From positions 2,193-66,192 of the forward strand of contig JAIDRE010000059.1 of assembly GCA_029061925.1 (NCBI GenBank): a stretch of 64,000 bases of DNA, in the 5' to 3' direction. Shown piece by piece: positions 56,022 to 64,000 of the stretch (the stretch's first letter is position 1; each line of letters opens with the position of its first letter). Both the position numbers and the translations under genes were made by a program. Below the pieces are notes generated by a model that made no database searches, was not told the DNA's origin, and was given only the letters and a program-made list of their open reading frames with translations. This DNA comes from Muribaculaceae bacterium. Lineage in GTDB: Bacteria; Bacteroidota; Bacteroidia; Bacteroidales; Muribaculaceae.

Positions 56022-56064
56022 AACAAGAAAGCGTTATATTAGAAGACTTAACTTAAGCAACAAT

Positions 56065-56460
56065 ATGAAAAAGAGACTCCTAACCGTAATCTGTCTTTTT
56101 ATCACCTGTATAGCCGCAATGATCGCCGGCGAACCGACAATCAAATTTGACTCGGAGAAACACGATTTTGGCAATATCAAAGAGGCTAACGGCTTGGTGA
56201 CAGCGACTTTCACATTCAAAAACACCGGCGATGGTCCACTTGTTATCACATCGGCAAAAGCAACTTGTGGCTGTACAACCCCAAAGTACTCTCAAAAGCC
56301 GATTAAACCGGGTGAAACAAGCAAAATTTCTGTCACTTACAACCCCGTAGGTCGCCCCGGCGAATTTTTCAAAGAAGTAACTGTCAAAACCAACGATAAA
56401 AATCACAAACGCCTTAAACTCATCATCAAAGGCAACGTCATACCCTCAACCCCCAAGTAA
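56065..56460 (+). CDS. DUF1573 domain protein
   Basis: Start trimmed to the ATG at 56065 (MKKRLLTVICLF signal peptide). It carries the FKNTGDGPLVITSAKATCGCTTP hallmark. Confidence 0.75.
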   Translation: MKKRLLTVICLFITCIAAMIAGEPTIKFDSEKHDFGNIKEANGLVTATFTFKNTGDGPLVITSAKATCGCTTPKYSQKPIKPGETSKISVTYNPVGRPGEFFKEVTVKTNDKNHKRLKLIIKGNVIPSTPK

Positions 56461-57537
56461 ATGAAACGTCTTTCATTAGCACTTATTCTCTGTCTATCAG
56501 CATTTTCAATATTTGCAGGTCCTCATATCAAATGGGACAAAACCGTCCACGATTTTGGAGCGTTTGACGAGAACAACGGTCGTGTAACCTGTCGTATGAC
56601 ATTTGTAAACGACGGTAACAAGCCGCTTGTAATCACAGCCGCACGTGCAACCTGTGGTTGCACAACTCCATTTTATACCAAAGACCAGATTTTGCCGGGT
56701 CAATCGGGATATGTTACCATTTCGTTTAACCCCATAGGTCGCCCCGGACGCTTTGAAAAAAATATCACAATCGAGACTAACGGCAACCCTACCAAATCTA
56801 CTTTAACAATCAAGGGTGTTGTAATCGGTTCATCAAACACGATGCGTTCAAAATTCCCGGTTGCGGCAGGTCCGTTGCGACTCAGAACAACCGTCATACC
56901 GTTTGGCGAGGTTGAAAAAGGACACACCGCCACCGCCTATTTTGACGTTTACAACACATCGCGCGAAACTGTTTCGGTTGGTTGGGAAAACCTCCCCAAA
57001 TATATATCGGTCAGCGGCAATCGTGCTGTTGCGCCGGGCGATTATGCTACATTTGCATTTACATTTGCTTCAGATTTGACTTCGCTCTATGGCATTGTTG
57101 ACGGCAACATAACTTTGATTCCCAACCAGTTGCAACATGGTAATAACGTCAACATTTCGACTGTCGCCGTTGTCACCGAGGGCTTTGGAAAGATGACCGT
57201 CGCTCAACGCGAAAAGGCACCCGTAATCGGTATTATTCCCGAAAACATTGACCTGAAAACAATCAGTCGAAATTCAGCTCCGATACTCGAATCGGTAACC
57301 GTAAAGAACTTCGGCATTAATCCTCTTAAAATCAGACGTGTCTATACCTCTGATTCCGGAATTACCGTCAAGATTAACAAAACCGAAATCAAAAAGGGTA
57401 AAACGACTCAGATTGAGGTCGCTATCAACCCGATGGCTTACACCGGTAAGACAATCAACGCAAAAGTTATTGTCATTTCTAATGACCCCGAAAACCCGAC
57501 CGCATCGTTCAGAATCTTAGCCGAACTTCAAAACTAA
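56461..57537 (+). CDS. DUF1573 domain protein (multi-domain paralogue)
   Basis: Signal peptide and FVNDGNKPLVITAARATCGCTTP. The ATG immediately follows the upstream stop. Confidence 0.7.
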   Translation: MKRLSLALILCLSAFSIFAGPHIKWDKTVHDFGAFDENNGRVTCRMTFVNDGNKPLVITAARATCGCTTPFYTKDQILPGQSGYVTISFNPIGRPGRFEKNITIETNGNPTKSTLTIKGVVIGSSNTMRSKFPVAAGPLRLRTTVIPFGEVEKGHTATAYFDVYNTSRETVSVGWENLPKYISVSGNRAVAPGDYATFAFTFASDLTSLYGIVDGNITLIPNQLQHGNNVNISTVAVVTEGFGKMTVAQREKAPVIGIIPENIDLKTISRNSAPILESVTVKNFGINPLKIRRVYTSDSGITVKINKTEIKKGKTTQIEVAINPMAYTGKTINAKVIVISNDPENPTASFRILAELQN

Positions 57538-57574
57538 ATATCTTAAACCAACACCTCTTAAAACTCACCCAATC

Positions 57575-58666
57575 ATGGAACATCCCGAAAACGACTCTCA
57601 ATATATCGGTCTGACCGTTAATTCAGGCGTGGTTCAACCGCCGTCGGTCAATCCCTATCTCAAAAAGTTCAAACGCAAACCGCTCCCCTCGCCGGGTGAG
57701 ATGGTCGAACTCATTCTCAAAGGTGACATGACCACTCTCAGCCGTGCAGTCACTTTGGTTGAGAGCATCAACCCCGACCACCAGGCTATTGCTCAGGAAG
57801 TTATTGAAAAATGTCTTCCCTACTCAGGCAACTCTCGACGCATCGGCATCACAGGTGTTCCCGGTGCCGGAAAATCAACATCGATTGATGTTTTCGGCTT
57901 GCACGTCCTCAAAAAAGGGGGCAAACTTGCCGTGCTCGCTATTGATCCATCGAGCGAGCGCACTAAAGGTAGTATTCTCGGCGACAAAACCCGCATGGAA
58001 AAACTATCTGTTCATCCCGACGCTTTCATTCGCCCTTCTCCATCAGCCGGTTCGCTCGGTGGTGTAGCCCGTAAGACCCGCGAGACAATCGTGCTTTGCG
58101 AGGCAGCCGGCTTTGACAATATATTTGTCGAAACTGTCGGTGTCGGACAATCTGAGACCGCCGTTCACTCAATGGTCGATTTCTTCCTGCTCATTCAGCT
58201 TGCCGGCACTGGTGACGAATTGCAGGGCATCAAACGCGGTATCATGGAAATGGCTGACGGAATTGTTATTAACAAAGCTGACGGCGACAATATTGACCGT
58301 GCCCGACTTGCCCAGGCTCAGTTTAGAAGTGCCCTTCATCTTTTCCCGCCGACAACATCGGGATGGATGCCCGAAGTCCTCACCTACTCAGGTTATTATG
58401 AACTCGGCATTGAAGAAGTTTGGGCTATGATTGATCGCTACTTTGACTTTGTAACCTCTAACGGATATTTTGAACACAAACGTCGTCAGCAGGCGCGTTA
58501 CTGGATGTTTGAATCAATCGACACCCAGCTTCGTTCAAACTTCTATAACAACCCTGAAGTCAAAGCATTGCTCGAACGACTTGAAACCGATGTGCTTGAA
58601 AACCGACTCAGCTCATTTATCGCAGCCAAAAACGCATTAGACTTCTACTATGATGAAAAGAAATAA
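57575..58666 (+). CDS. meaB: methylmalonyl-CoA mutase-associated GTPase MeaB/ArgK
   Basis: P-loop GVPGAGKST, ETVGVGQSE and NKADG motifs. Confidence 0.88.
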   Translation: MEHPENDSQYIGLTVNSGVVQPPSVNPYLKKFKRKPLPSPGEMVELILKGDMTTLSRAVTLVESINPDHQAIAQEVIEKCLPYSGNSRRIGITGVPGAGKSTSIDVFGLHVLKKGGKLAVLAIDPSSERTKGSILGDKTRMEKLSVHPDAFIRPSPSAGSLGGVARKTRETIVLCEAAGFDNIFVETVGVGQSETAVHSMVDFFLLIQLAGTGDELQGIKRGIMEMADGIVINKADGDNIDRARLAQAQFRSALHLFPPTTSGWMPEVLTYSGYYELGIEEVWAMIDRYFDFVTSNGYFEHKRRQQARYWMFESIDTQLRSNFYNNPEVKALLERLETDVLENRLSSFIAAKNALDFYYDEKK

Positions 58667-59072
58667 TGTCTTAAAACAGCTCTCGGTTATCATTGTAGTG
58701 ATTTTAGCAATCACCTCGCTAACCTCGTGTCTGTCAAAAGAAAAGGTCCAACTCAAAAAGAGCGTCGAAGAATACGCATCGACTCTCCCTCAAAACGTTG
58801 CTCCCGGCGTGACAATCATGTCGGTTTCCTATGACACCGACGACAATAAAGTTGTCTTGAAATGTGACATCGAAAACAAAGCCGTAGCCGAGGCTGCCAA
58901 GGTCAACAGCGTTATGCTCAAAGCTGCGTTTGTTCCCTATCTCAAACATGCAAAAGCCGGTAACCAATTCATAACCAATATGATTAATGCCGATGCCACA
59001 CTCGACTGCCAGTTCTGGCACACCGACCAGCAATCGGCGTCATTTGAAGTAACTGCCGACGAAATTAAATAA
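58650..59072 (+). CDS. hypothetical lipoprotein
   Basis: Signal peptide plus lipobox (LAITSLTSCLSK). Overlaps meaB by 17 nt. Confidence 0.45.
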   Translation: MMKRNNVLKQLSVIIVVILAITSLTSCLSKEKVQLKKSVEEYASTLPQNVAPGVTIMSVSYDTDDNKVVLKCDIENKAVAEAAKVNSVMLKAAFVPYLKHAKAGNQFITNMINADATLDCQFWHTDQQSASFEVTADEIK

Positions 59073-59080
59073 AAACAATT

Positions 59081-59767
59081 ATGGAAAGCAAGAAACAGAA
59101 ACTGGTGTTTCTCACCGGAGCCGGAATGAGTGCCGAGAGCGGAATCAAAACGTTTCGCGACTCAAATGGCTTGTGGGAAAATTATCCCGTTATGGATGTA
59201 GCCAGTGCTGACGGCTTTGCTCGCAATCCCGAATTAGTACACAAATTCTATAACATGCGACGTGCCGACCTTCTTAAAGCCGAACCCAACGAAGGTCATC
59301 GACTGGTTTCTCAACTCGAAAAAGATTATGATGTTTATGTCATCACCCAAAACGTTGACAATCTGCACGAACGCGCAGGCAGCAATAAGATTATTCACCT
59401 CCATGGCGAGCTGATGAAAGTAAGAGCCCTTGACGATGAATCAAAGGTCTATGAACTCAAACCCGATGCAATCGAAACAACTCCCGACACTGTGATTGAC
59501 GGACACCACGTGCGCCCCCACATCGTGTTTTTCCAAGAAGCTGTTCCAATGATTGAACCGGCTGTCAAAATCGTCCAACAAGCTGATATAATTGTCGTTA
59601 TCGGTACGTCATTGGTAGTTTATCCGGCAGCATCTCTTCTCAATTTTGCTTCGCCGAACGCCCGGCTATTCTACATCGACCCCAATCCCGCAGTTGTTCC
59701 TTCGCGTGTTACTGTCATCAGAAAAGGAGCATCCGAAGGTATGAAAGAGCTCATCGAGCAACTCTGA
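59081..59767 (+). CDS. cobB: NAD-dependent protein deacylase (Sir2 family)
   Basis: GAGMSAESGIKTFR, QNVDNLHERAG and catalytic HLHG motifs. Confidence 0.88.
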   Translation: MESKKQKLVFLTGAGMSAESGIKTFRDSNGLWENYPVMDVASADGFARNPELVHKFYNMRRADLLKAEPNEGHRLVSQLEKDYDVYVITQNVDNLHERAGSNKIIHLHGELMKVRALDDESKVYELKPDAIETTPDTVIDGHHVRPHIVFFQEAVPMIEPAVKIVQQADIIVVIGTSLVVYPAASLLNFASPNARLFYIDPNPAVVPSRVTVIRKGASEGMKELIEQL

Positions 59768-59790
59768 AATTTACATTTGTAAACCATATA

Positions 59791-59827
59791 AAAACGGAGA
59801 CCGAAATACTTTTTTGGTCTCCGTTTT
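59791..59827 (+). terminator. intrinsic terminator of cobB
   Basis: AAAACGGAGACC-(loop)-GGTCTCCGTTTT. The stem is followed by a T-run. Confidence 0.75.
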
Positions 59828-60002
59828 CCTTAATTACACAACTTAACACGCAATTTAAAACAACTTTAATACCGGCACAGCTTATCCCGAAAAGCTAAAT
59901 GTTGATAACTTTTTTTCTAAAAAAGAATTTAGATATGTAAATTATCTCAGAAAAAATAGCTAATTTTACAACGTAAAACCAACAGGTGAAATAATTAACA
60001 CG

Positions 60003-60914
60003 ATGGACGAACAAGTATATCACATACCGGCACTACTTCAGGAGTCTATTAACTCTCTGAATATCAAGCCTAACGGAATATACGTCGACGCCACTTTCGG
60101 TGGTGGCGGACACTCGCGTGCCATCGTTGACCAACTCTCGCCCGAGGGTCATCTCTACTCGTTTGATCAGGACCGCGATGCAATCGACCGTGCTTTCACC
60201 GACCCGCGACTGACCGTTGTCTATTCAAACTTCAGATTTCTGCCCAACTTCATGCGCTTCTACGGTCACACTGATGATGTTGACGGAATTCTTGCTGACC
60301 TCGGCGTTTCGTTCCACCACTTCGACGATGCCGACCGCGGTTTCTCCTTCCGCTTTGAAGGTCCGCTCGACATGAGAATGAACCGCAACGCCTCGCTCAC
60401 CGCCGCGAAGCTCATCAACGAGAGCGATGAAGAACGCCTTGCCGAGATATTCTATCTCTATGGCGAACTGAAAACCTCACGAAAAATCGCCCGCGAAATC
60501 ATCAAGACGCGCTCTCAAAAACCGATCGAGACAATAAGCCAACTTGTTGACATAGTGACTCCGCTTCTCGACAAACGTCAGACAAAAAAAGAACTCGCAT
60601 GCATTTTCCAGGCACTCCGAATCGTTGTCAATGACGAAATAGACGTTTTGAGACGATTCCTTTTGGCAACCGCCAAAGTACTGAAGCCGGGAGGACGACT
60701 CGCAATCATAACATATCATTCGCTCGAAGACCGCCTGGTCAAAAACTTTATGAAGACAGGCAACCTTGAAGGGAAAGCCGAAAAAGACTTCTACGGTCGC
60801 AACCTCTCCCCCTTTAAGCCGCTCGGAGGCAAGCCGATTGTTCCTTCCGACGAAGAAATCGAACGCAACCCGCGTTCACGAAGCGCAAAACTTCGCGTAG
60901 CTGAAAAAATTTAA
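60003..60914 (+). CDS. rsmH: 16S rRNA (cytosine1402-N4)-methyltransferase
   Basis: HIPALLQE, DATFGGGGHS and DLGVS motifs of MraW/RsmH. Confidence 0.93.
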   Translation: MDEQVYHIPALLQESINSLNIKPNGIYVDATFGGGGHSRAIVDQLSPEGHLYSFDQDRDAIDRAFTDPRLTVVYSNFRFLPNFMRFYGHTDDVDGILADLGVSFHHFDDADRGFSFRFEGPLDMRMNRNASLTAAKLINESDEERLAEIFYLYGELKTSRKIAREIIKTRSQKPIETISQLVDIVTPLLDKRQTKKELACIFQALRIVVNDEIDVLRRFLLATAKVLKPGGRLAIITYHSLEDRLVKNFMKTGNLEGKAEKDFYGRNLSPFKPLGGKPIVPSDEEIERNPRSRSAKLRVAEKI

Positions 60915-60965
60915 TCAACACTAATCTGATAAACCAATCATTTTCCAATAAACCAATCAACTATA

Positions 60966-61310
60966 ATGGCAAAGAATGTAAAAAATAAAGACAACGGTCC
61001 GTTCTCATGGTTCTTCCGAGCCATTCATGGGCGTCTTTTGTCGTCTGACGTCTTTGTCCATAACTGGGGTAAAATTCTTTGCGTGATGATAATGTTGCTC
61101 GTCTTCATCACCAACCGATACAACTGTCAAACACGCATGGAAACAATCCAATCGCTCACCCGCCAACTCGAAGTTGTCAAAACCGAGCGAATCCGCGAGC
61201 GTAGCCGCTACATGAGCCGCACCCGCGAAACAGGTATGCAGGAACTTGTTGATTCTATGCATCTTAATCTACACATTCAAGAACGACCACCTTTTCAAAT
61301 CAAGTACTAA
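60966..61310 (+). CDS. FtsL-like cell division protein
   Basis: 114 aa with a single transmembrane helix followed by a coiled coil. It sits between rsmH and ftsI. Confidence 0.6.
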   Translation: MAKNVKNKDNGPFSWFFRAIHGRLLSSDVFVHNWGKILCVMIMLLVFITNRYNCQTRMETIQSLTRQLEVVKTERIRERSRYMSRTRETGMQELVDSMHLNLHIQERPPFQIKY

Positions 61311-61313
61311 GAC

Positions 61314-63404
61314 ATGGCGAAAAAGAAATCAAAGAAGAAATTTATCCTCGCACGCTATATGCTCATTTCAGGATGCGTGTTTCTATTAGCAGGGTGTGTT
61401 GTGCGCAATCTTTTCAATACCACCATCGTCAATGCCGACAAGTGGAACGCACGCGCCGAAAAAGAACTTTCAAAATCAAACATAATCTACCCCGAACGTG
61501 GCGACATCCTCGCCTCTGACGGCAGTGTACTCGCCACAAATTTACGATTCTACACCGTCCGTCTCGATTTCAGATCTGAACGATTTAAAACCCAGGCATA
61601 TATCGACTCAATCCCGATGATGGCTGACTCGCTGGTAAAATTCTTCCCCGGCCGTGCCACCCGCAAACAGTGGATTGACTCCCTCTCAAAACCTGTTAAG
61701 AAACCCGAGAATAAACGTACGCGCGGCTATCGCGTAATCGACAATCTCTCTTATACCGACCTACAGAAAATCAGAACAATTCCGTTCTTTAGACTCAGAA
61801 ACTCAAACCTGAACGGCTTTGTTGTTGACTCAAAGGTAAAACGCGAACACCCATACGGCGACATGGCGCGTCGTTCAATCGGTGGTGTCGGTCAAACAAA
61901 GAAGAGTAGCGAAATCCACGGCATCTCAGGTCTTGAATGTGCGCTCGATTCACTCCTTTATGGCAAACCCGGTGTATCAAAGAAAATCAACCTCACCCGC
62001 CGCATCGACGACTGGATTGACACCGCCGCCGTGCCTGGTTATAACATCGTGACAACCATCGACATCAATATGCAGGACATCGTCGAGAACGAGCTCAACC
62101 GAGTTCTCGAAGAATGTGATGCCGACTGGGGCGTGGCAGTGTTGATGGAGGTTGCCACCGGCGACATTAAAGCCATCTCAAACCTTGAAAAGAGCAAGAA
62201 GACAGGTCATTATATCGAAGGTATGAACCGTGCCGTGCTCGGCTTTGAACCAGGCTCGGTAGTCAAACCGATTTCAATGCTTCTGGCTCTTGAAAACGGA
62301 CTTGTCAGCAACGTTAACGAAGTCCTCCAGATCGGTAACAGCTATGCCTATGCAAACGGCAAGCCAATCACCGACTCTCACTACAACTCAGCACTGACCG
62401 TAGAGGGAATCATCGAACAATCAAGCAACATCGGCATGACAAAAGTCATGACCCGCAACAACTCGATTTTCCACTCTCATCCCTCAAAATTCTATGACGA
62501 GTTGGAACGTATCGGCTTCTTTGAACCGATGCACACCGGTATCGCCGGCGAACGTCGCCCCGTTGTCGAGAAAAAACCGAGCCGCCTTTCATTGTCGCGT
62601 ATGTGCTATGGCTATGCAACAATGATTCCGCCGCTCTACACCCTTGCAATTTATAACGCAATCGCCAACAACGGTAAATTTGTGCGTCCCCGCCTATACT
62701 CTCGCCTTATCGGTGAAGAGGTCGACTCAATCCTTCCCGTCACCTACGTCAGAGAACGCATCTGCTCAGAAGAGAACGCACTCAAGCTCCAGCGCATGCT
62801 CGGTCTCGTTGTCGAAGGCTCTCACGGAACAGCCCGCCGACTCAAAAACGACATGGTTTCAATCGGTGGCAAGACCGGAACCTGCTACATGGTTGACCCC
62901 GAGACAAGAAAATATAACACTGCTGCCAGACGCTTGGCATTCTGCGGATTCTTCCCCCTCGAAGACCCCAAATATTCTTGCATCGTGCTGACCTGCCGTC
63001 CGCGTCAAAAACTCATGAGTGCAGCCGCGACAAGCGGTGAAGTTGTCAAGAACACCGCAATGAAGATGTATTCTCGCGGTATGCTCGGCAACTCAAGCGA
63101 CTATCACACCGACCAACCGCCACAAGGCAAGACTCCCCACGTCTATCGCACAACCAAGCCCGACACATACAGCCTTATCAGCTCTATTTCTGGCGTCAAA
63201 GGCGACCCGTCAACTCCGCTCGTCACCTTTTCAAAAGGAATCGTACCCGATGTTTCGGGACTCGGACTCAGAGAAGCCGTTTCGGCAATCGAATCAGCCG
63301 GCTTCAACGTCAGCTTCTCGGGACGCGGATATGTCAACTCTCAATCTCCTGCCGGCGGAACAGTCAGCAAAGCCGGTAGCACCGTAACAATAAAACTGAT
63401 TTAA
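61314..63404 (+). CDS. ftsI: class B penicillin-binding protein (FtsI-like) with C-terminal PASTA domain
   Basis: SxxK (GSVVKP), SxN (QSSNIG) and KTG (GGKTGT) motifs, plus a PASTA-like C-terminus (VPDVSGLGLREAVSAIESAGF). Confidence 0.88.
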   Translation: MAKKKSKKKFILARYMLISGCVFLLAGCVVRNLFNTTIVNADKWNARAEKELSKSNIIYPERGDILASDGSVLATNLRFYTVRLDFRSERFKTQAYIDSIPMMADSLVKFFPGRATRKQWIDSLSKPVKKPENKRTRGYRVIDNLSYTDLQKIRTIPFFRLRNSNLNGFVVDSKVKREHPYGDMARRSIGGVGQTKKSSEIHGISGLECALDSLLYGKPGVSKKINLTRRIDDWIDTAAVPGYNIVTTIDINMQDIVENELNRVLEECDADWGVAVLMEVATGDIKAISNLEKSKKTGHYIEGMNRAVLGFEPGSVVKPISMLLALENGLVSNVNEVLQIGNSYAYANGKPITDSHYNSALTVEGIIEQSSNIGMTKVMTRNNSIFHSHPSKFYDELERIGFFEPMHTGIAGERRPVVEKKPSRLSLSRMCYGYATMIPPLYTLAIYNAIANNGKFVRPRLYSRLIGEEVDSILPVTYVRERICSEENALKLQRMLGLVVEGSHGTARRLKNDMVSIGGKTGTCYMVDPETRKYNTAARRLAFCGFFPLEDPKYSCIVLTCRPRQKLMSAAATSGEVVKNTAMKMYSRGMLGNSSDYHTDQPPQGKTPHVYRTTKPDTYSLISSISGVKGDPSTPLVTFSKGIVPDVSGLGLREAVSAIESAGFNVSFSGRGYVNSQSPAGGTVSKAGSTVTIKLI

Positions 63405-63411
63405 ACGATAT

Positions 63412-64000
63412 ATGAAACTTCTAAGCCAAATTACCTCAACAATCAGTGTTTTAAGTCGTGAAGGTAACACCAACGACCTTAAAATCAAAGATATTGTAAG
63501 CGACTCGCGCAAAGATGTCGAAGGGGCGCTCTTTATTGCCGTCAAGGGCGTCAACGTTGACGGTCACTCATTTGTCGATGACGTTGTTGCCCGTGGGGCA
63601 GCGGCAGTCGTTGTCGAAGAGCTACCTAAAAAGCTCGACCCCAAAGTTGCCTACCTCAAAGTTGAAAATTCGGCAATTGCGCTTGGCGAAATTTCATCAC
63701 AATGGTTTGACAACCCCTCGTCAAAACTGAAACTCATCGGTGTTACCGGTACTAACGGTAAAACCACAACCGCCACCCTCATCTATGAGATGGCTCATCT
63801 CATGGGATTCAAAGCCGGACTCCTCTCAACCGTCAAGAACTATATTGACTACGAAGCAGTTCCAGCTACGCACACCACTCCCGACCCCATCGTACTGAAC
63901 TCACTTCTCGCTCGTATGGTTGATGCCGGATGTGAATATGCCGCAATGGAAATCAGCTCTCACGCCGCCCACCAGCATCGCATTGCCGGACTCACATTTG
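63412..64000 (+). CDS. murE: UDP-N-acetylmuramoyl-L-alanyl-D-glutamate--2,6-diaminopimelate ligase, 5' part only
   Basis: My own translation from the ATG at 63412 gives MKLLSQITS...SDSRKDVEGALFIAVKGVNVDGHSF...LIGVTGTNGKTTT. The ORF runs off the window, so it is not in the track. Confidence 0.9.
   Translation, partial: MKLLSQITSTISVLSREGNTNDLKIKDIVSDSRKDVEGALFIAVKGVNVDGHSFVDDVVARGAAAVVVEELPKKLDPKVAYLKVENSAIALGEISSQWFDNPSSKLKLIGVTGTNGKTTTATLIYEMAHLMGFKAGLLSTVKNYIDYEAVPATHTTPDPIVLNSLLARMVDAGCEYAAMEISSHAAHQHRIAGLTF

Noticed and set aside
55966-56064. N-terminal extensions in the ORF track for the DUF1573 gene, and likewise for dtd (2209-2253), the Lrp gene (14135-14185), the NigD-like gene (9849-9926), the nfnA-like gene (49909-49971) and cysS (8816-8824, a TTG start)
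   Set aside because: Internal ATG codons give canonical N-termini or signal peptides and remove long overlaps with upstream genes. The extensions carry no conserved sequence.
59768-60002. mraZ is absent upstream of rsmH at the start of the dcw cluster
   Set aside because: The 235-bp gap is too short for mraZ and contains only the cobB terminator and AT-rich promoter-like sequence. This is probably lineage-specific gene order rather than a deletion scar. There is nothing further to test from the sequence alone.

Overview
The window looks like a chromosomal segment of a Bacteroidota (Bacteroidales-like) genome. Evidence: TTTG-N19-TAnnTTTG promoters, no Shine-Dalgarno use, DUF1573/DUF3467/NigD-like genes, and the long YidC and IspG forms. 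About 54 kb is housekeeping: deoC, dtd, rsmA, mgtE, cysS, ald, two FKBP isomerases, mfd, mnmD, ispG, purE, rpoN, gap, ilvA, NfnAB-like oxidoreductase, pyrG, yidC, rlmN, meaB, cobB, and the start of the dcw cluster (rsmH-ftsL-ftsI-murE). I found no rRNA, tRNA, CRISPR array, transposase or integrase. The notable part is a roughly 10-kb AT-rich accessory island (about 24245-34440) between mfd and a membrane-protein/mnmD pair. It holds three things. (1) A co-directional five-gene cassette: a PD-(D/E)xK + N6-adenine methyltransferase + TRD fusion, a PHP phosphoesterase fused to a Rad50/SbcC-like ABC ATPase, and three orphan ORFs, one with an Rx4H (HEPN-like) motif. A consensus promoter and a roughly 170-nt leader rich in complementary segments precede it. 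(2) A COG2865-type AlbA_2/HATPase/wHTH gene with a perfect in-frame 12-bp x4 repeat. (3) An AbiEi/AbiEii cassette bracketed exactly by a perfect 49-bp direct repeat that is itself the promoter of the downstream host gene. I rank the five-gene cassette as the best candidate for an undescribed methylation-linked defence system. Elsewhere I see a HigBA pair, a candidate small RNA (5626-5800, minus strand), and several intrinsic terminators and an operator-like palindrome. All family assignments come from motifs I recognise by eye. No searches were run.
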